64,000 bases of DNA, taken from IMG/VR virus record IMGVR_UViG_3300028833_000004; one strand, 5' to 3'. This DNA comes from a virus. Numbering within the stretch: the stretch's first letter is position 1; each line of letters starts with the position of its first letter. The translations under genes were made by a program, and so were the position numbers. Below the pieces are notes generated by a model. That model was not told the origin of the DNA. It did no database searches and was given only the letters and a program-made list of their open reading frames with translations. Below are positions 59,337 through 64,000 of this stretch, piece by piece.

Positions 59337-62300
59337 TTAGATAAGAACCCCGTCATATCTCACATGCCATGAGGCACTGCTTGTATTTCCAAAAATCAAT
59401 ATTGGCTATGAACCATTGATAATAATATCTGCTTTTAACAAATTCTACCATGTAGCCGGAGTTCCCTGATAATAAATGGTAGTTTTATCATCAGAGCCTG
59501 TTTTTGTATAAATTGCACTATCTCTAATCTATTTTAAATTTGGACCTAAATATAACTCATAATTAATTCCATTAATTCCATTAAGGGAAGTATATCTATA
59601 TAGATCCTCAATATTTTGGAATTTAATACTTGTCAATTGTGGACAATTATTAAGACAATCTTCAAAATTGTATTTACATCCAACCTCCACAGATGTTAAC
59701 TGCTAGCAATTTTCAAATACTCGAGCAGATAAAACATCAACATTATTAAAACCACCTACAGAAGTAATCTATGTTCCAGAAAATGCCTAATCATCTACAA
59801 ATCTAACAGAATCTGGAATATTTAAATCTCCACCTAGTCCAGAATTTTTAAATGCACAAAATCCAATGCTCTCAATAGTACTGAAATTTGAATCATTAAA
59901 ATTCTATAAGGTGCTGTTATTAAATGTAAATGGTGGGATTTTATTTAATCCCCACTTAATCTCTGTTAAATTTCTGCAATTCTAAAAACATCCAGCTCCA
60001 ATATCTAAAACATATTCATCAAAGCCATAAACATCAGATATTGCAGAATTATATAATACATAATTTCCAAGTGTTACTGGTGCTATAATTGTACAACTCT
60101 ATAATAATGATCTTTCTGCCAAAGCATAATCAGCAACATTATCAACATCATATCCAATTATAACACGCCGGGCTTGAATTGGAATCTACCCCTTTTCTAG
60201 AGTCCTGTTCTAAATATCAACAGAAATCCACCCATTACCATTATAATATTGTGTTGGATATGAAAATTTAGGAACAAATGTCGTATCCTACAATATAGGC
60301 TCAGAAATATCAGGTGACCAACCTAAAAACTTATATCCACCGCCATATGTAGAAGCTGGTGTGGGCTATTGTCCTGTATATATTACATTTCTATTATAAA
60401 GAACCTGTTTTATTTCTATTGGAGAACCTCCTCCATTTAAAAAGGTAACGGTTCTTTTCCAATTGGTTGGAATATGTGAATCATCAAATATCCACTAAAG
60501 TTCTGAATTAGTAAAATCTCCTTCAGTAGTTTCTACTCCTTTTACCCAATCTGTAAATGTTCCCCAAGTTCTAAATCCGACAGATAATTTATTTAATCTA
60601 GAGCATCCAGAAAACATTTCAGTTAATGCATCGTCAGAAGCAGTAGTTGCTAAAATGGTAGCTTGTGAGAGCCGCTTATTATTTTTAAACATCTGGACAT
60701 AAGCACCAGTAGGAATATTTGTTGCTGGAAGGATTACCTCAGATGTTAAGAATAATGATGAACCACTAAAAGTTTCCCTATAACAATCCTAAGTTAAAGT
60801 TGTTGCAGGAAGTATTACTGATCCAAAAATATGCTCATCTTTAAAGAGCCCCTAAAATGCACCTTTATGAAATATTATTGTTGCATCTGGATTCTATCCC
60901 TATAAACTCATAATAGAACCCTCAACACCCATAAGTGTAAAACTACCAGTCGCAATCGGTTTAAAGTGTATATTAGGATAATCTGAGTAAATTTTTCCAG
61001 ATACCTCTATATAATTAGAGACTGCTATCTTTGACCCAGATGTAAATACTTGCCAATCATTTTCAGAAGTAGTTCTATAAAAGATTGTTGCGCGACTCTC
61101 ATCATAGGTACATTGTATATATATATTTCCCTGATTTCCATCCTTATAAAATTTTAAGAATGAATATTGTGGTTCTGGAATATCTTCTATAGGAGTCTTT
61201 GTATATATAGCTTTATATATAATATCCTGAGTTACATAGGGATTAAATGATGGAGACCAACCACTAAAAACATAAGAATTCTAAGAATCATTAGGTCTGG
61301 TGGGATTAGCCGGAGCTGTTACATTTGTGCCAAAATCATACGAACCAGTTTGAATAGATGAATTATCCCAATCTACAAAGGTTACTCTATATTGTTTAGA
61401 TACTTTTGAAAACTATGCTGTATATACATAATCCTAATTATTTACAACATCAATTTTCTTATCCCAACCACTGAACGTGTATTCATATTGTGAATCCGGA
61501 ACATGTGTTGGAGTTTTCCCCTTATACACGGGTAGATTCCCGTTATCATAATAAGAACTCTTTAGAACAGTTCCATCATAATTTTTAAAGGTAACTTTCC
61601 AACGATCTGTATTATACTGAGCCTCATATACTGCATCTCTATATGCTGGAACGATAGCTGGAAACCACTCTAGCAGTTCATAGCCTGGAATATCATGTCC
61701 AGAAGGTGGTATTGGAAGCGTTCCGTCCCCAACTTCTATTGTTACTTCGTCTAAAGGACTAAATTTAAAAGTAATCTAATGACCCTAAGAATACCAATCA
61801 TCGGAAGTAGAAACACCTGTATAGTCAACTGTGTTGTCTGGGATAATATCTATAGAATTATCAGCTGAAGATATAGACATTTGGCAATCACATCCACCAC
61901 CACTACTAGAACCAGTTCCACAGCACGCTATATTAGTTACAGCCGAACCATCTGAATAAAATAATTTATTCGTAATGGAATTATGCATTAAATGGCTACC
62001 AGTAAAGATATCTAATGGTTTGGTGTTAGTTAGTTCCCATGACTCTGTATCCTTATTATATCTATATTCTTCATTACTTGGAAATTTCCAAATTGGGCTG
62101 TCCTAATCTTTAATTATTTTAAAAACTCCACCAGGTGTTGAATCCGATAATAGTGCAAATCCAGTATTCGAACTAGAAAAGAGATCAAAGGCCTCTTTTA
62201 CAAGATTATTATTAGAGAAATCTTTTATATGGACCTAACCTTGTAGGTCTATATAAGACACTTTATAATCTTTAAAGTTAATTATGACCGGTCGATCTTC

Positions 62301-63788
62301 ATTAATTCTTATATTAACGTCTGAAGAATTAGTATCATGTACGTCAGAAAATGCTAATCTAAGAGAATTCTATTCTTTTATTATATGTACCTAAATTGAT
62401 GAGCCGTTATTCACATTATAATTATCATAAGATTCATCAAATGGAACTATCTTTAAGCCATCTTCCTAAGTAATTAATGTTCCGCCTAGATAATATTTAT
62501 CAGAGTCTGGATAGGTTTCCTAATCATTTTTCGCCCAAGCAATTGGAATAACATCGCAATTACGTGAATCTACTTCAAAAGTTGGTTCATTCTGGATTCC
62601 ATCAAATTTTACTGCTGATTTATAATATCCGGCACCACTCTCAAAATTATATTTAGTGCCATCATATATAGCACCTCCGCAAGCTGCAAAAATATTAAAA
62701 GGTTTATCAAATTTTAAAACAGTAACACCAACTGTTTGATCCCCCCATCCAAATGGATATGGGAAACGAGTCTCCTTGCGATAATTATTCATCTAAACGG
62801 CCAACATATATAGAGTATTTTCATCCTCATATACTATTGGACATATCATTAGAGCATCAGTCCTGGACGATTGATTAGCCTCCTATATAACTCCCGCACT
62901 TATAATTATATCCAAATCACCAAACTGATTTGGTTCAGATTTAAAAAATGTTGAGGTAGCTGTATTTGCAAGCTGCTCTATATAAGAATAATCTCCACCA
63001 TCTGGACACGTAGTTTCAGAATTACTTAATTCTAACTGCTTTGTCTCTTGATTATATGTTAATGTGGAATTTAAATTCGTTTTAGTTTTAGTCTAAGCAT
63101 TATAGTATGCCCATGTAGTAAATCCTGTTCCAACATTCTCGGCTTCCCAAGTAGATTCACCTGCAAAGTGCGAGATGTCTGGATTTAAGGGCGTATTAAA
63201 TTCAGAATTTTTTGCCACAAATGCCTAACTAATTTCTCCACCATAACTTCCGCCATTTTTAGGTATGGTGGGTTTCAAACTTCCCAATTCATCATCATAG
63301 GCCCATAAAACATGAGGTGTCCAAGTATTTACAATACTAGAAATAGTGAATGGAGTTGATAATTTTTCTTTTACTAATTCAAAGTCTGCATCATTATCTA
63401 CAACATAAGCCCCGGTAAGCATTAAGTAATCAGCTACTAAATCATCTCCATTAAAATATATAAGCTTATGCTTCTCAGTTGGAATACTATTGGTAGTTAA
63501 TGAAATTATTTTTATATTTCCGTAAGAATCAGTAATATGTAAATCATCCCCAATTCTATCAAAGTTATAAGTAGTATTTGTATCCTAATTATTACAATTA
63601 AAAATCTGCCCCTATGTCCAAATATATTTTCCTAAAGCTGGATCATCAATAAAAAGAACCACATCGTGATCTAATCCAGTTTTTGGGTCTATGTCTGAAA
63701 GATTGTACGGAATTGGCGAGTTGTTTACATTAGCTGTAAACACACTCGCAAATCCGTCAGTATATGCAAACTTTACTTTATTATTCAT
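59337..63788 (-). CDS. Tail fibre/adhesin (1,483 aa with TAG as sense) with Listeria-Bacteroides (Flg_new-like) repeats and BspA-type LRR units
   Basis: ATG 63786-63788 (ATGA overlap) to TAA 59337-59339. The frame was inspected. Track ORFs 63225-63422, 62520-62792, 61785-61988 and 60495-60692 are same-frame fragments. Units such as YRVTFVDWDNSSIQTGSYDFGTNVTAPANPTRPNDS*NSYVFSGWSP (about 60300-61780). LRR-like IGAGCF*NCRNLTEI.. lies at about 59400-60300. Confidence 0.65.
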
Positions 63789-64000
63789 GATAATGATTTA
63801 TAAGCCACAAATTTACCATTAGTGACTGAAATTGTTTCAACTTCTGCACATTCAGTAACCGTAACAAGTGCTAATTTAATATCGGACTCAGTGTTTGTAT
63901 AAGTCTATATATGTTCATTAACATTAACAGTGGCTGTGTCGCCAGGCTTTACTAAAATTGCTACTAATATATCTCCAGAGTTCCTGGGTGTATTATCTGT
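63785..64000 (-). CDS. 3' end of an upstream minus-strand gene (71 aa visible), function unknown
   Basis: Open from the window edge to TGA 63785-63787, which overlaps the next ATG as ATGA. One in-frame TAG. Confidence 0.5.

Noticed and set aside
26146-63788. TGA recoding (code 4) as an alternative explanation.
   Set aside because: In the inspected minus-strand frames, in-frame TGA occurs only at gene ends, six times as an ATGA overlap with the next start codon (26146, 28008, 32515, 33738, 43505, 63785), plus 50030 and possibly 41728, and never inside the long frames.
54867-63788. A diversity-generating retroelement targeting the fibre genes.
   Set aside because: There is no reverse-transcriptase-like ORF in the window, and no template/variable repeat pair with adenine-specific differences. 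The repeats seen are in-frame structural repeats.
42735-64000. Portal and large terminase genes expected in a phage late region.
   Set aside because: None of the translated genes showed terminase Walker/nuclease or portal-like features that I could recognise. They probably lie upstream, beyond position 64000. I did not force these labels onto the unassigned genes at 42291-44182.

Overview
AT-rich 64-kb window, almost entirely coding on the minus strand. I read it as the late (capsid, tail, fibre and ejected-protein) module of a crAss-like (Crassvirales-type) phage of a Bacteroidota host that translates TAG as a sense codon, most likely Gln (genetic code 15). Under the standard code the supplied ORF track breaks the genes into same-frame fragments. 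I rescanned the frames by hand with only TAA and TGA as stops. The window then resolves into about 30 tightly packed minus-strand genes, many with overlapping stop and start codons (ATGA, TAATG). Reading in the direction of transcription, from 64000 down to 1: two ~1,480-aa receptor-binding fibre proteins (BspA-type LRR plus Listeria-Bacteroides repeats; SHAEG beta-roll repeats plus a lectin-like C-terminus); a glycosyltransferase, LRR adhesin and nucleotide-sugar dehydrogenase trio; a small overlapping cluster (97-aa ORF, 3-TM protein, HTH protein); an acidic scaffold-like gene and the TAG-free major capsid protein with small capsid-module genes; tail genes of 971 and 1,704 aa; a DUF192-like gene; a GC-rich Ala/Pro-rich mini-gene with its own promoter and terminator; and a 31-kb chain of six giant genes (1,160, 621, 622, 2,796, 3,685 and 1,544 aa). 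The giant genes carry an SF1 helicase core, a crAss-type RNA polymerase DxDxD loop, an HExxH motif and a PD-(D/E)xK nuclease. The chain ends at a bidirectional terminator facing a plus-strand gene. No rRNA, tRNA, CRISPR array or transposase was seen. Translations were done by eye and family assignments come from motifs and memory, so product calls are provisional. The frame and stop analysis is direct observation.
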